Positions 1-8,929 of a stretch of 32,000 bases of DNA are shown here, piece after piece. Position 1 is the first letter of the stretch, and each line of letters opens with the position of its first letter. The DNA comes from Nitrososphaeraceae archaeon (GTDB lineage: Archaea; Thermoproteota; Nitrososphaeria; Nitrososphaerales; Nitrososphaeraceae), in the NCBI GenBank assembly GCA_045808425.1, contig JBJMFM010000010.1, positions 12,044-44,043 of the forward strand. The letters are read 5' to 3'. The notes under the pieces were generated by a model that searched no databases, was not told where the DNA came from, and saw only the letters and a list, made by a program, of their open reading frames with translations. The translations under genes were made by a program, and so were the position numbers.

Positions 1-1
1 C

Positions 2-526
2 TTGGGGGAAATTCCAATGAAATTTGTTCATAGAATAGGTTCCCTTAATAATTCAGAGTATGTTTCTGGGCTAGTAGCTGTTATCGAGCGTTGGAAAGAG
101 CTTTACAATGAATCATCCGAGTATATATACGGAATGGTGCCACAAATACCACTAGAATTAATTGAATCTGTGATACCTAAAATAAAAGACGATGGTGTAA
201 AATTTAATTACATACTTCCCCAAAAAGCAATCGTCCCCAAGAAGCGTGCTCAGCTTTTAAGTGAGTCCGGATTTTATGATTTGTTAAAAATGGAGAAGAA
301 AGTGGTGGATAGAAGGATGGTGGATAGAGTGTATGTAGCAGTAGTATTAAATGAAAAACAGGCAACTGTGATGTTTCCCACAGTGAAAGACAAAGTAGTC
401 GCTGATATGAATTCCATGTTCTATAGCAGAGACGATTCGTTATTTCACGAGTGGTGCTTAGATTATTTCAGATATTGTTGGTACAACTCAAAGCCATTTG
501 ATGAAAGTAAATTGTTGGAAGTTTAG
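2..526 (+). CDS. Probable C-terminal part of a transcriptional regulator with a FilR1/DUF1724-like sensor domain (probably truncated by the window edge)
   Basis: ORF begins at the window edge. The pattern 'VVDRRMVDRVYVAVVLNEKQATVMFPTVKDKVVADMNSMFYSRDDSLFHEWCLDYFRYCW' resembles the FilR1 middle domain of archaeal winged-helix regulators. Confidence 0.55.
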   Translation: MGEIPMKFVHRIGSLNNSEYVSGLVAVIERWKELYNESSEYIYGMVPQIPLELIESVIPKIKDDGVKFNYILPQKAIVPKKRAQLLSESGFYDLLKMEKKVVDRRMVDRVYVAVVLNEKQATVMFPTVKDKVVADMNSMFYSRDDSLFHEWCLDYFRYCWYNSKPFDESKLLEV

Positions 527-657
527 CATGAATTAGACAGACTGTATTTGTCTTGTCTAAAAAATTGTTGCTGTGATCAGTCAAAAAATAAGTAAAAGGA
601 CAAAGATAAGAAAAAAAATGAATAGTATTGAGTGTAGTACTGAATGAAAACTTCGAG

Positions 658-1530
658 CTAAATATAGTCTGTAATTTTATAATTTTTAGTCTCCTTTATT
701 AAATATGCCATCTGTTTCTTTTCTGAGTGCACATCAAGATTTGTCAAATTTCGCAGAAAATCTATTTCCTCTTTTAGAAAGATAACACCATCATCATACA
801 ATTCGCTAAAAGCAAGCTTTTGATTTAGCTTTTGTATATTGGTAATACACTGGTACACTTTATCTATCTTATTTGTAATTCCATTCTCTACTAAGATCCT
901 TGCTAGCCTTCTTTTTTGTATATTAAACATAGCATTTGTTACAAGTTTATCAAAAACCGAAAGGAGATCAAAATAGTCATCTTTTCCGGTATATCCTATT
1001 ATTGTAGATGGAATAAAATTCAACATTCTTCGCTGCTTTGCTCTTTTAGAGTGTTTTTCATCCAACACTATTACAGATCTTCCGAATGTCAAAATAGCGT
1101 TTAGGACTTGGTTCGGTAATCTCTCATCTAGGACATCATCGTCAGATTTCACTTCAACCGGATAGAACCGAATCCAGTCTATCCTGCATTTTTCACTTTT
1201 GGCAAATTGTGTCAGAATTCCACTCCTCATCAAAATGTTAATATAGTTGTCATAAGATTCAATTGAATCATAAATAATATTGCTTTTACCACTGCGTCTT
1301 TTATCTATTACAGCAATTACAAGATCAAAGCTTCTGAAGTAGCCTTCATCCTTTATTTTTATGTCCATATCAGTACTGGCAGATGATGGAAAAAAATGGC
1401 TACTACAGTTATCATTACCATTATGATCATTATGATTATTACCATTGTCGTGATTACTAATGGTATTACTTTTTATATGACCCGACCTGACGGAGCTTAT
1501 AAACAGTTGCTTTAAGTCTTTTTCATTCAT
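658..1530 (-). CDS. Hypothetical protein with a possible PD-(D/E)XK nuclease-like core
   Basis: 290-aa ORF. Segment 'CRIDWIRFYPVEVKSDDDVLDERLPNQVLNAILTFGRSVIVLDEKHS' resembles the EVK core and downstream helix of restriction-endonuclease-fold proteins. Confidence 0.6.
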   Translation of the reverse strand: MNEKDLKQLFISSVRSGHIKSNTISNHDNGNNHNDHNGNDNCSSHFFPSSASTDMDIKIKDEGYFRSFDLVIAVIDKRRSGKSNIIYDSIESYDNYINILMRSGILTQFAKSEKCRIDWIRFYPVEVKSDDDVLDERLPNQVLNAILTFGRSVIVLDEKHSKRAKQRRMLNFIPSTIIGYTGKDDYFDLLSVFDKLVTNAMFNIQKRRLARILVENGITNKIDKVYQCITNIQKLNQKLAFSELYDDGVIFLKEEIDFLRNLTNLDVHSEKKQMAYLIKETKNYKITDYI

Positions 1531-1648
1531 TCACAAATTAGTTCTTCCATATACGAATATTTATTTCCTCAGAACAAATTAGTTTGTTTGATTACGCTTA
1601 CGTGTATACCGCAACGATATAGTATGGTAAGCTATGAATAGATCTCTC

Positions 1649-2482
1649 TTATTTACAAGCTCTTTTCATTTGCGTGATATAAGAACCTAATCTGTTGAGC
1701 ATCTCCCTCTTACCATTTCTATTATTACTTGACTTTATCTTGTTTATGATAGCACTTCCGACTATCACTGCATCTGCGCCAGCTTCAATCATGAATCTTA
1801 CGTGTGAGGGCTTCGTAATTCCAAATCCTACTGCTACTGGGAGACGTGATCCAGCAATCCGTTTCGTGTTTCTTATTGCACGCAAAGTATAATCTTCAAT
1901 TGACTTGCGAGTGCCGGTGGTACCGTATATAGACACGAGGTATACAAATCCTGATGACCTGTTCATAATGGCATTGAGTCTTTCGTTCGACGTATTTGGA
2001 GAAGCCAAAAATATCGTAGCTAGACCTAGTCTTGATGCTTGCTTAATATAGCAATTAGATTCCTCAATTGTCATATCGGGCAAAATGAATCCATCTATTC
2101 CTGACTGCTTAGACTTCATCATGAAATTTTCAAAACCAGCTTTTAATAGAATATTAGAATATGTCATAATAAGAATGGGCAGGTCAGGAAACTTGCTCCT
2201 AATGCGGTGAAATACATTCCAACATTTTTCGGGAGTGATACCATTTAATAGTGCATCATAAGATGCTTCTTGAATAATTGGACCGTCTGCGATAGGATCT
2301 GAGAATGGAATTCCTATTTCAATTATGTCTGCACCAGCTGATACGAGAGATGAGATTATATTTTCAGTTGTAGTTACATCAGGATAGCCAGCAACTACAT
2401 AACAAATAAGAGCATGTTGATTTCTTTTAGATAACTCTTGGAATTTCTTCGTGAGTCTGTTATTTCTTAGATCGATCGCCAT
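1649..2482 (-). CDS. trpA: Tryptophan synthase alpha subunit
   Basis: 277 aa. Motifs '[12 protein letters not shown]', '[24 protein letters not shown]' and 'VGFGITKP' are characteristic of TrpA. Confidence 0.97.
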   Translation of the reverse strand: MAIDLRNNRLTKKFQELSKRNQHALICYVVAGYPDVTTTENIISSLVSAGADIIEIGIPFSDPIADGPIIQEASYDALLNGITPEKCWNVFHRIRSKFPDLPILIMTYSNILLKAGFENFMMKSKQSGIDGFILPDMTIEESNCYIKQASRLGLATIFLASPNTSNERLNAIMNRSSGFVYLVSIYGTTGTRKSIEDYTLRAIRNTKRIAGSRLPVAVGFGITKPSHVRFMIEAGADAVIVGSAIINKIKSSNNRNGKREMLNRLGSYITQMKRACK

Positions 2483-3692
2483 ATTTTTTATGTCTTGTTT
2501 TGCTGATTGTTCTTAGATAGTTTAAAACAATTTCCACGTCCTTATCGCCACGTCCAGAGAGCGTTACCACAATAGCATCATTCCTGTTCATTTTTTTTGC
2601 CACTTTCATTGCATATGATACTGCGTGCGCGGGCTCTAGCGCAGGGATTATACCTTCAAGTTTGCAGAGCATTAAAAACGCATTTACCGCATCATTGTCC
2701 AAACATTCTACATATCTTACTCTTTTTATGTCCTTCAGTAAAGCATGTTCCGGTCCCACTCCCGGGTAATCCAGCCCAGCCGAAATACTGTGAGTTTCTG
2801 TTATCTGCCCGAATTGATCCTGGAGAAGGTACGTTAACATTCCATGCAATATTCCTTGTGAGCCAGCAGTTAAAGTTGCAGAATGCTTTCCTGAATTGAT
2901 ACCTTGTCCTCCCGCTTCTATACCGAAGAGTTGAACTTGATCGTGATCCAGAAATGGATAGAACGTTCCTATAGCGTTGCTCCCACCTCCAACACACGCA
3001 ACAATAGCGTTGGGGAGGTCATGGATTATATTCTCCATTTGTTTTTTTATTTCATGTCCAATGATACTCTGAAAGTCTCTCACCATCATGGGATAAGGAT
3101 GTGGACCTACTACTGATCCTATAAGGTAATAAGTATCTCGAATATTAGTGATCCAATCACGTATTGCTTCATTGATTGCATCTTTTAGCGTCTGTGATCC
3201 AGCGAACACTTCGTGAACCTTTGTACCAAGTAGTTGCATACGAGTCACGTTTGGACTTTGTCTACGTACATCCTTTGCACCCATATATACTTCGGAGGTC
3301 AAACCAAGTACTGCTGAAGCAATAGCAGTTCCAACGCCGTGCTGACCGGCACCTGTTTCTGCAATAATTCGTTTTTTACCCATTCGCTTTGCCAACAGGG
3401 CTTGGCCTAGAGTATTGTTAGTTTTATGAGCGCCCCCGTGAAGAAGATCCTCCCTTTTTAAATATATCCTTGCTCCTCCAACATATTCACTAAGGTTCCG
3501 CGCAAAATAGAGAGGTGTCGGACGGCCTGCATAGCTTGACAAATAATAAGAAAGTTCCTTTTGGAATTCTGGATCCCTCTTGTTTTTTTCATAAGCCGAT
3601 TCAAGTTCTTCTATTGCCGGAACAAGAGTTTCAGGAATATATTTTCCTCCGTACTTTCCAAACCTACCATTCACCGGGTCATTAAGTCTCAT
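2460..3692 (-). CDS. trpB: Tryptophan synthase beta subunit (TrpB1 type)
   Basis: 410 aa. Motifs '[12 protein letters not shown]', the PLP-lysine region '[18 protein letters not shown]', 'ETGAGQHG' and 'VGGGSNAIG'. Overlaps trpA by 23 nt. Confidence 0.98.
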   Translation of the reverse strand: MRLNDPVNGRFGKYGGKYIPETLVPAIEELESAYEKNKRDPEFQKELSYYLSSYAGRPTPLYFARNLSEYVGGARIYLKREDLLHGGAHKTNNTLGQALLAKRMGKKRIIAETGAGQHGVGTAIASAVLGLTSEVYMGAKDVRRQSPNVTRMQLLGTKVHEVFAGSQTLKDAINEAIRDWITNIRDTYYLIGSVVGPHPYPMMVRDFQSIIGHEIKKQMENIIHDLPNAIVACVGGGSNAIGTFYPFLDHDQVQLFGIEAGGQGINSGKHSATLTAGSQGILHGMLTYLLQDQFGQITETHSISAGLDYPGVGPEHALLKDIKRVRYVECLDNDAVNAFLMLCKLEGIIPALEPAHAVSYAMKVAKKMNRNDAIVVTLSGRGDKDVEIVLNYLRTISKTRHKKYGDRSKK

Positions 3693-3784
3693 AGTCAGGT
3701 GACTATGTTTTTTACATGCTAGGATTATTAAGACGTTCGGAATTATTTATCAAAATTCAATTCAGAATAGAAAACACAATATCA

Positions 3785-4642
3785 CTAGACTGAAAGATAT
3801 AGCTCCGAAATTTTCGAAGCGACATCTCTTGACTCCATTATGCTTGTACCTACTAAGAAAGCGTCAGCACCGGCCTCTTTTAAAAATTGGATTTCTTTAG
3901 CAGTATTTATTCCACTCTCGCTGATAATAATATTCTTTCCCTTGTAGTGCTCCTTAAGCAGCCTTTCGGTGGTGGTAATGTCAACATTTAGGTTATTTAG
4001 GTCACGATTGTTAATACCTATTAGATTATTCATATTATCTTTATTGAACTTTAGTACCTCTTGGAACTCCTTTTCAGAATGCACTTCCACTATTATCTGT
4101 AGTCCTTTTTTGTAGGCATATTCAGCAAATCTTTCCATGCTTGCTTCTGCTAGATCATGGTCAAAAATGGACTTAATAAGTAATATACAATCAGACCCGA
4201 TCCGTTTTGCCGCATCTATTTGCGTTTCACTAACAATAACATCTTTCATGAGCAATGGCACATTCACGGTCTTCCGAATCTTGGCCAAGTGATCGATGGA
4301 ACCATTAAAAAGACGGGGCTGTGTAACGATCGATAAACTGATTGAACCTGATCTCACCATCGCTGATGCTAGTTCGGTGAGGTTGATCTTGCCTTTATGA
4401 GCAATTTCTCCTCTAGATGGTGATGAAAACTTAATCTCTGTGACAAGTGGGGCGTGGGGACACGAAAGGATTCTTTGTTTCAGACTTATGGAATCATGCA
4501 TATAGAAATTATACTTCTCTGCATCGTAAGCACCCTCGTCTATAGATCTATAGGAATTGTCAGTAAGTATTTTGAGGGCGAAGTTGTCCCGAACAAATTT
4601 GCTCATTTGGATAAGCCAACGCGCAGTGGTACATGAATTCAT
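3785..4642 (-). CDS. trpC: Indole-3-glycerol phosphate synthase
   Basis: 285 aa. 'VTEIKFSSPSRGEI', 'LLMKDVIVSETQIDAAKRIGSDCILLI', 'IGINNRDLNNLNVD', 'ISESGI', 'GADAFLVGTSIM'. Adjacent to trpBA. Confidence 0.95.
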   Translation of the reverse strand: MNSCTTARWLIQMSKFVRDNFALKILTDNSYRSIDEGAYDAEKYNFYMHDSISLKQRILSCPHAPLVTEIKFSSPSRGEIAHKGKINLTELASAMVRSGSISLSIVTQPRLFNGSIDHLAKIRKTVNVPLLMKDVIVSETQIDAAKRIGSDCILLIKSIFDHDLAEASMERFAEYAYKKGLQIIVEVHSEKEFQEVLKFNKDNMNNLIGINNRDLNNLNVDITTTERLLKEHYKGKNIIISESGINTAKEIQFLKEAGADAFLVGTSIMESRDVASKISELYLSV

Positions 4643-4914
4643 ATTTAATCCTACTAGAACTAAAGGCCGAAACTTTCGCTATTGCAAACTAAATCTGACC
4701 CATGGATAATGATCTTTTTGTTCTTTCAACGCATTTGTGAGCAAAACAGGATAAATAATTTGTAAATATGATAATAACACTATTACCAATAGTATACGAT
4801 AACACTATCCTCATCAAAAGAATAGCGATTTGCCGTTACCTAGTTTTCACTGGCGTATCGAATCTACAATTATATCATTACTATACAACAAGCAAACCCA
4901 CCAAAGCAACATTG

Positions 4915-5211
4915 TCAACAGCCCGATTCAAGTTCGTTTAGTACCGCTCTACGAACAGCCGGCATTTGGCTTCTTAAGATTAAAAATAAATCTGCCATTT
5001 CATCCCTGTCGGGTTGGCGATCATTCTTGGCTACGAACCGTTCCCTAAAGGCTCCTATCACCATTCCGCAAATTAAACCATATGCAAATTCCTCAACGTT
5101 TCCCTGGCTTGGTATAAGCTTTCGTGCAAGATCTTTCCATACTTTTATTTCCCTTATAGCCGACTTTACACTCGATTCCAACTCTTTCCTATCACGTACA
5201 GCTAGGATCAA
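4915..5211 (-). CDS. Conserved hypothetical protein (98 aa)
   Basis: Soluble-looking ORF with ordinary amino acid composition; no family recognised. Confidence 0.6.
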   Translation of the reverse strand: MILAVRDRKELESSVKSAIREIKVWKDLARKLIPSQGNVEEFAYGLICGMVIGAFRERFVAKNDRQPDRDEMADLFLILRSQMPAVRRAVLNELESGC

Positions 5212-5435
5212 GATGGACCCTTATTCTTTGAGACGCATCTAAATCTTTGCTCCAGTTACAATCTATTTCACCAGCGGAGGATAAGGAAAATGCGAAAACA
5301 AATAACTATGTTCACTGGTCAGATATATTTTGTAAATATCTTTCCTGCACAAGATTTAGTATTTGAGACGTCAGGCTTTATCTCTTTTGCCAAGTATAAG
5401 ATCCTATAAGCTCAGTTTTATATCTTGATCTGCTT

Positions 5436-6014
5436 ATGAAACTTTACTTGAAAAGATATATGATATATTTAGAGAACAACCAGTCTCATACTCCAAAGGA
5501 TGCTTCAAACTTACTGAACAGGGCAAGATCACTACTTTCAAGCTCTAGGGTCGTTATAAGAGATACACGCGTTTCAAATCTTAGAATCGAGTTTGATACA
5601 AGCATTCCAGATAATATCAGGATAGAGGAAGTGATCAAAGGACTTTCGTTGATTGCTCCGATATCAGAATACGAACATGTGGTTGAAAAAAAGCTGCCAA
5701 AGGAGGAAGCCATCAAGTATGCGAGGTCCTTATTTAATTTTCAAAAGTACTGGTCTGCACATGAAGTTCTTGAATCTGTCTGGAAAACTTCCCATGGGAA
5801 GGAAAAGGATCTTCTAAATGGGATCATATTAGTAGCTGCCGCCTTCGTCCATGACGAGAAAAACGAGTCAGATATTTGTATTTCTATATTAAAGAGGGCA
5901 ATGAAAAAATTGGATAATGCAACAGGTAATTACTTTGAAGTGGACGTTGATAAACTCAAGCATGAGATCTTCAGAATAATTGAAACCGGTCAAATACAAC
6001 GTTTTGGTATTTAG
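5436..6014 (+). CDS. DUF309 domain protein
   Basis: 'LFNFQKYWSAHEVLESVWKTSHGKEKDLLNGIILVAAAFVH' matches the DUF309 signature (YWxxHExLExxW). Confidence 0.85.
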   Translation: MKLYLKRYMIYLENNQSHTPKDASNLLNRARSLLSSSRVVIRDTRVSNLRIEFDTSIPDNIRIEEVIKGLSLIAPISEYEHVVEKKLPKEEAIKYARSLFNFQKYWSAHEVLESVWKTSHGKEKDLLNGIILVAAAFVHDEKNESDICISILKRAMKKLDNATGNYFEVDVDKLKHEIFRIIETGQIQRFGI

Positions 6015-6068
6015 ATATATATGTATCTAAACATGATTCTTCACAGAAGATTTGTTTTAAGATCGTCT

Positions 6069-6224
6069 TCAGTGCGTCTCATCTTTTAGTCTTCTTCTTC
6101 TGAGGATCAGCGCAACTACAACCAGCACTACTAAAATAGATAGCATCGTGAAAAATGTCGCTTCGTCTCTTACGACTCCCTTGGGAAGGATGACTAATAC
6201 AATTAAGTAAACTAGCTGTTGCAC
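6069..6224 (-). CDS. Possible small single-TM protein (51 aa, GTG start assumed)
   Basis: Read from the reverse strand: (M/V)QQLVYLIVLVILPKGVVRDEATFFTMLSILVVLVVVALILRRRRLKDETH*. Hydrophobic helices followed by a basic tail. Not in the supplied ORF track and the start codon is uncertain. Confidence 0.35.
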   Translation of the reverse strand: MQQLVYLIVLVILPKGVVRDEATFFTMLSILVVLVVVALILRRRRLKDETH

Positions 6225-6427
6225 AGTAATCTTTGCATATAGTTGTATTTGGTGTTTACTTTGCGAACTTGTGAATGATAAAAATTCTTGCTCAGTCTGA
6301 CGTCATATCAATTGGCTGATCGACCTTAATGCGTACGTTACTGCCTAGCGAAACTAAGACAAAGTTATATACAAATAGCAAATGATTGATTCATAATAAA
6401 TCAAGGGCGGTTGAACTTCAGTTTAAG

Positions 6428-6519
6428 AGGTGGGGAAGGGATTCGAACCCTTATAAATTCGCTATCGGCAAAATCCATGATTTCTGCAGGCGAACGCATA
6501 GCCGCTCTGCCACCCCACC
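6428..6519 (-). tRNA. tRNA-Cys (GCA) with a probable 20-nt intron at the canonical 37/38 position
   Basis: Reverse strand: GGTGGGG-TG-GCAGAGCGGCTATGC-G-TTCGC-CTGCAG[AAATCATGGATTTTGCCGAT]A-GCGAA-TTTAT-AAGGG-TTCGAAT-CCCTT-CCCCACC-T. The acceptor (7 bp), anticodon (TTCGC/GCGAA) and T stems (AAGGG/CCCTT) are fully paired. The anticodon stem closes only if about 20 nt are removed. Confidence 0.88.
6464..6483 (-). other. Predicted tRNA-Cys intron (bulge-helix-bulge type)
   Basis: 20 nt between G37 and A38. Contains complementary AAATC/GATTT around an ATG loop. Removal leaves a 72-nt cloverleaf. Confidence 0.7.
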
Positions 6520-6655
6520 AAGAGGATATAGACTGTCCAGTTCTAATACTTGTAAGCGTTCTAAATTTAAAGCATTAGGTGCTAGTTTTCTGCCGTTAAT
6601 ATACGCATATATAGATTGATATCAAGTTTAAAAATATATAATTATCTGTATAGAA

Positions 6656-6880
6656 TCAGAGTTTTAGTACGTTCTTGGCAGCGAGACGGATATCTTCAGG
6701 TTTTATTGTCTTTCTACCTGCATGAACCGACAGATCTACTGCCTGAGTAGCAATTTTAAGTGCGACCTCCTCTAGGAGTCTTCTAAGTTCATCTGCTGCA
6801 TCGTCGCTAACTCTCTCTGCACCCGACTTTTTAATGACGCGATACATTGCTGCAAGGCCCAGCTCTGGATTAGATGACAT
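6656..6880 (-). CDS. Archaeal histone (start placed at the internal ATG giving MSSNPELGLAAMYR..., 74 aa)
   Basis: 'MYRVIKKSGAERVSDDAADELRRLLEEVALKIATQAVDLSVHAGRKTIKPEDIRLAAKNVL' is a canonical histone fold. The upstream 28 codons of the 102-aa ORF look non-coding. Confidence 0.95.
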   Translation of the reverse strand: MSSNPELGLAAMYRVIKKSGAERVSDDAADELRRLLEEVALKIATQAVDLSVHAGRKTIKPEDIRLAAKNVLKL

Positions 6881-7044
6881 ACTATCATGGAGACAGGGCC
6901 CCCCTCTATTTAAAAAATACATTTGTCTAATAAAAACACTCTCGTGTACGAGGGATTTCTTCATTTTTCAAGTAAGCAACCGAGTTAAATGCAACAGGAA
7001 GTCTCTGAAAATATTTATGTTATATAGATTAGTCTATTACATAT

Positions 7045-7827
7045 TTGCAGCCATTATCATTTGATGCACATATTCACCTGACTGATAGTGCATATTCTAG
7101 TTACATACAGGATCTTCTGAACAACTTGAGAGCAATGAAGATTAATGCCTGCTCTGTGGCAGTGGACCTCACAACATCGCTTAAAACATTTGAGCTATTT
7201 GGCAACTCAACTCGTGATATTGTGACTCGATTTATAGGGATACATCCTGAATTTGCAGGTACAGAAAATATAACTGACTTCGTTAAAATCTTTAACGATA
7301 ATAGTGACCTAATTGACGGAATTGGAGAAATCGGTCTTGACCGGGCCTACATAGGAGATAATACAATCTCATATCAAAAACAGAAAGAAGTTTTTTGCAC
7401 TATGCTCACTCTTTCTGAAACAACAAGGAAGCCCATATCAATACATTCTCGAGGCTCTTTAGATCAGATACTTGACGTGCTAAGTACATATAACACTGGA
7501 AAAGTACTTTTGCATTGGTTCAGTGGTAGCAAGAAGCAGTTACGGAAATGCATGGACATGGGTTTGTATGTAGGCTACGGACCACTTTTGGTGTACTCGG
7601 CTGAAAAGAAAGTCCTGCTAAAGAATACTCAAGTTGAACGTTTTCTTGTCGAAACGGATGGACCTGTAAAATACTCCAGATGTTTTAAGGGGCTTACCCC
7701 ACTGCCGAGCTCTTTTCTAGTTAGTGTAATAAGCTCTGCTTCCAGTGTTCTTGGAAAAACTTTCTATGAAACCAGAGATATTCTTAGAAAGAATTCTGAA
7801 GATTTCCTTAGCACCAGTAAATTATAA
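7045..7827 (+). CDS. TatD-family metal-dependent hydrolase/DNase
   Basis: 'FDAHIHLTDSAY', 'GIGEIGLDR', 'PISIHSRGS', 'VLLHWFSGSKKQ', 'LVETDGPVKY'. Confidence 0.9.
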   Translation: MQPLSFDAHIHLTDSAYSSYIQDLLNNLRAMKINACSVAVDLTTSLKTFELFGNSTRDIVTRFIGIHPEFAGTENITDFVKIFNDNSDLIDGIGEIGLDRAYIGDNTISYQKQKEVFCTMLTLSETTRKPISIHSRGSLDQILDVLSTYNTGKVLLHWFSGSKKQLRKCMDMGLYVGYGPLLVYSAEKKVLLKNTQVERFLVETDGPVKYSRCFKGLTPLPSSFLVSVISSASSVLGKTFYETRDILRKNSEDFLSTSKL

Positions 7828-8034
7828 TTGTTATAGTTCTACGACGATTAAAGTTACAGTATAATATTTTTGAATGAATTTTATTGGCTTTGCTAAGGTA
7901 GGACAAACAAAATAAAAAGGCAATGGATGTCTCGAATGTTACTATAGTGATGATAATAAAAATGTCTGCTCAGAAGAGGGACAAAAATTTCTTGTTTCAG
8001 GTCTGGATAGCTACAAAAAAGAAATAACGTGTAT

Positions 8035-8715
8035 TTATTGAGGCAGCTCTGCTGTTTGCGGTTGATTTTGATTTTGGTCTTTGACGAGCCTGACTATAAC
8101 ATCAGAAACTGAGCAGTTCATTTTTGTTTTTTCCTTGAGGATCTGTCTGTAGGCTTCTAATGTGATATAAACTGGAATTGAACCAGTGCCTTCAAGCAAA
8201 GACTTTACCCTATACAGACCGTTTTCTATTCCTCTTTCTGCAGTCTTCTTTAGCTTTACTCTGTCCATGAGTCCGCCAAGCGGGCCCATAGGCATATCAT
8301 AATCAACACTAATGCTGGTCTTTGTCTTCTTGTCACTAATCTCTTCGAATTCAACAGTAATTTGCCAGTGTTTAAAAGGGCCTTCAATCATTTTTGCTAC
8401 TATCTTGCGACGTGGTATGTAATCAATTGTCTCGCAGTCCCATTCCAATTTCTTTCCATCAAAATCGCCACTAATTCTAAAGATAGTACCCACGCCAAAT
8501 CCATTTTTTACCTCAATAGGAATAATGTTCAAGCCCATATTTTCTGGGAATTGATCCGCCATATGTTCAGGTCTAGCGAAATAAGTGAAGACTTCATTCA
8601 CAGGACTGTTAATTTCAAGGGTTTTACTGATAGTAGTCGTCATAACCTGTGAAAATAAATTCTCTGAACTGAATTTAAAGGTTTCTTGTGTATAAATTTT
8701 CTTCCAGTGTTTCAA
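8035..8715 (-). CDS. SRPBCC/START-like domain protein with a C-terminal ribbon-helix-helix-like segment
   Basis: N-terminal 'TISKTLEINSPVNEVFTYFARPEHMADQFPENMG' is SRPBCC-like. C-terminal 'SIPVYITLEAYRQILKEKTKMNCSVSDVIVRLV' has the RHH pattern. Confidence 0.75.
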   Translation of the reverse strand: MKHWKKIYTQETFKFSSENLFSQVMTTTISKTLEINSPVNEVFTYFARPEHMADQFPENMGLNIIPIEVKNGFGVGTIFRISGDFDGKKLEWDCETIDYIPRRKIVAKMIEGPFKHWQITVEFEEISDKKTKTSISVDYDMPMGPLGGLMDRVKLKKTAERGIENGLYRVKSLLEGTGSIPVYITLEAYRQILKEKTKMNCSVSDVIVRLVKDQNQNQPQTAELPQ

Positions 8716-8929
8716 TTATCACGCCTGCAATAGGTGCGTTATTATCTTGAGCCTAGTATACAATTATTCTGAATATCTTAATGATTTTATGTTGAATTTG
8801 CAAAAATACTAGATAATCTATATTTTATATCAACCCTATGGATAAGTGAGTATTTCTACCTGTTCTAGTGATGACCTTTTGCAAGATTGAATTAAAAAAC
8901 GGTCCAATACTTATATGAAATCGGATGTG

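Noticed and set aside
1695-1892. Plus-strand ORF inside trpA
   Set aside because: Antisense to a strongly supported trpA; composition is non-protein-like.
2597-2997. Overlapping ORFs antisense or out of frame to trpB (2597..2899, 2692..2997)
   Set aside because: Shadow ORFs of a confidently identified gene with no recognisable motifs.
6386-6619. 77-aa ORF 'MIHNKSRAVELQFKRWGRDSNPYKFAIGK...'
   Set aside because: It spans the antisense of the tRNA-Cys gene ('GRDSNPYKF' is the typical artefact from translating a tRNA T-arm complement).
6881-6964. N-terminal 28 codons of the 102-aa histone ORF
   Set aside because: Known archaeal histones begin at the MSS...MYR region; the upstream portion lacks histone similarity, so the start was moved to 6880.
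7901-8034. Very short ORF 'MSAQKRDKNFLFQVWIATKKK' in the intergenic region
   Set aside because: 22 codons with no motif or conservation evidence available; could occur by chance in AT-rich sequence.
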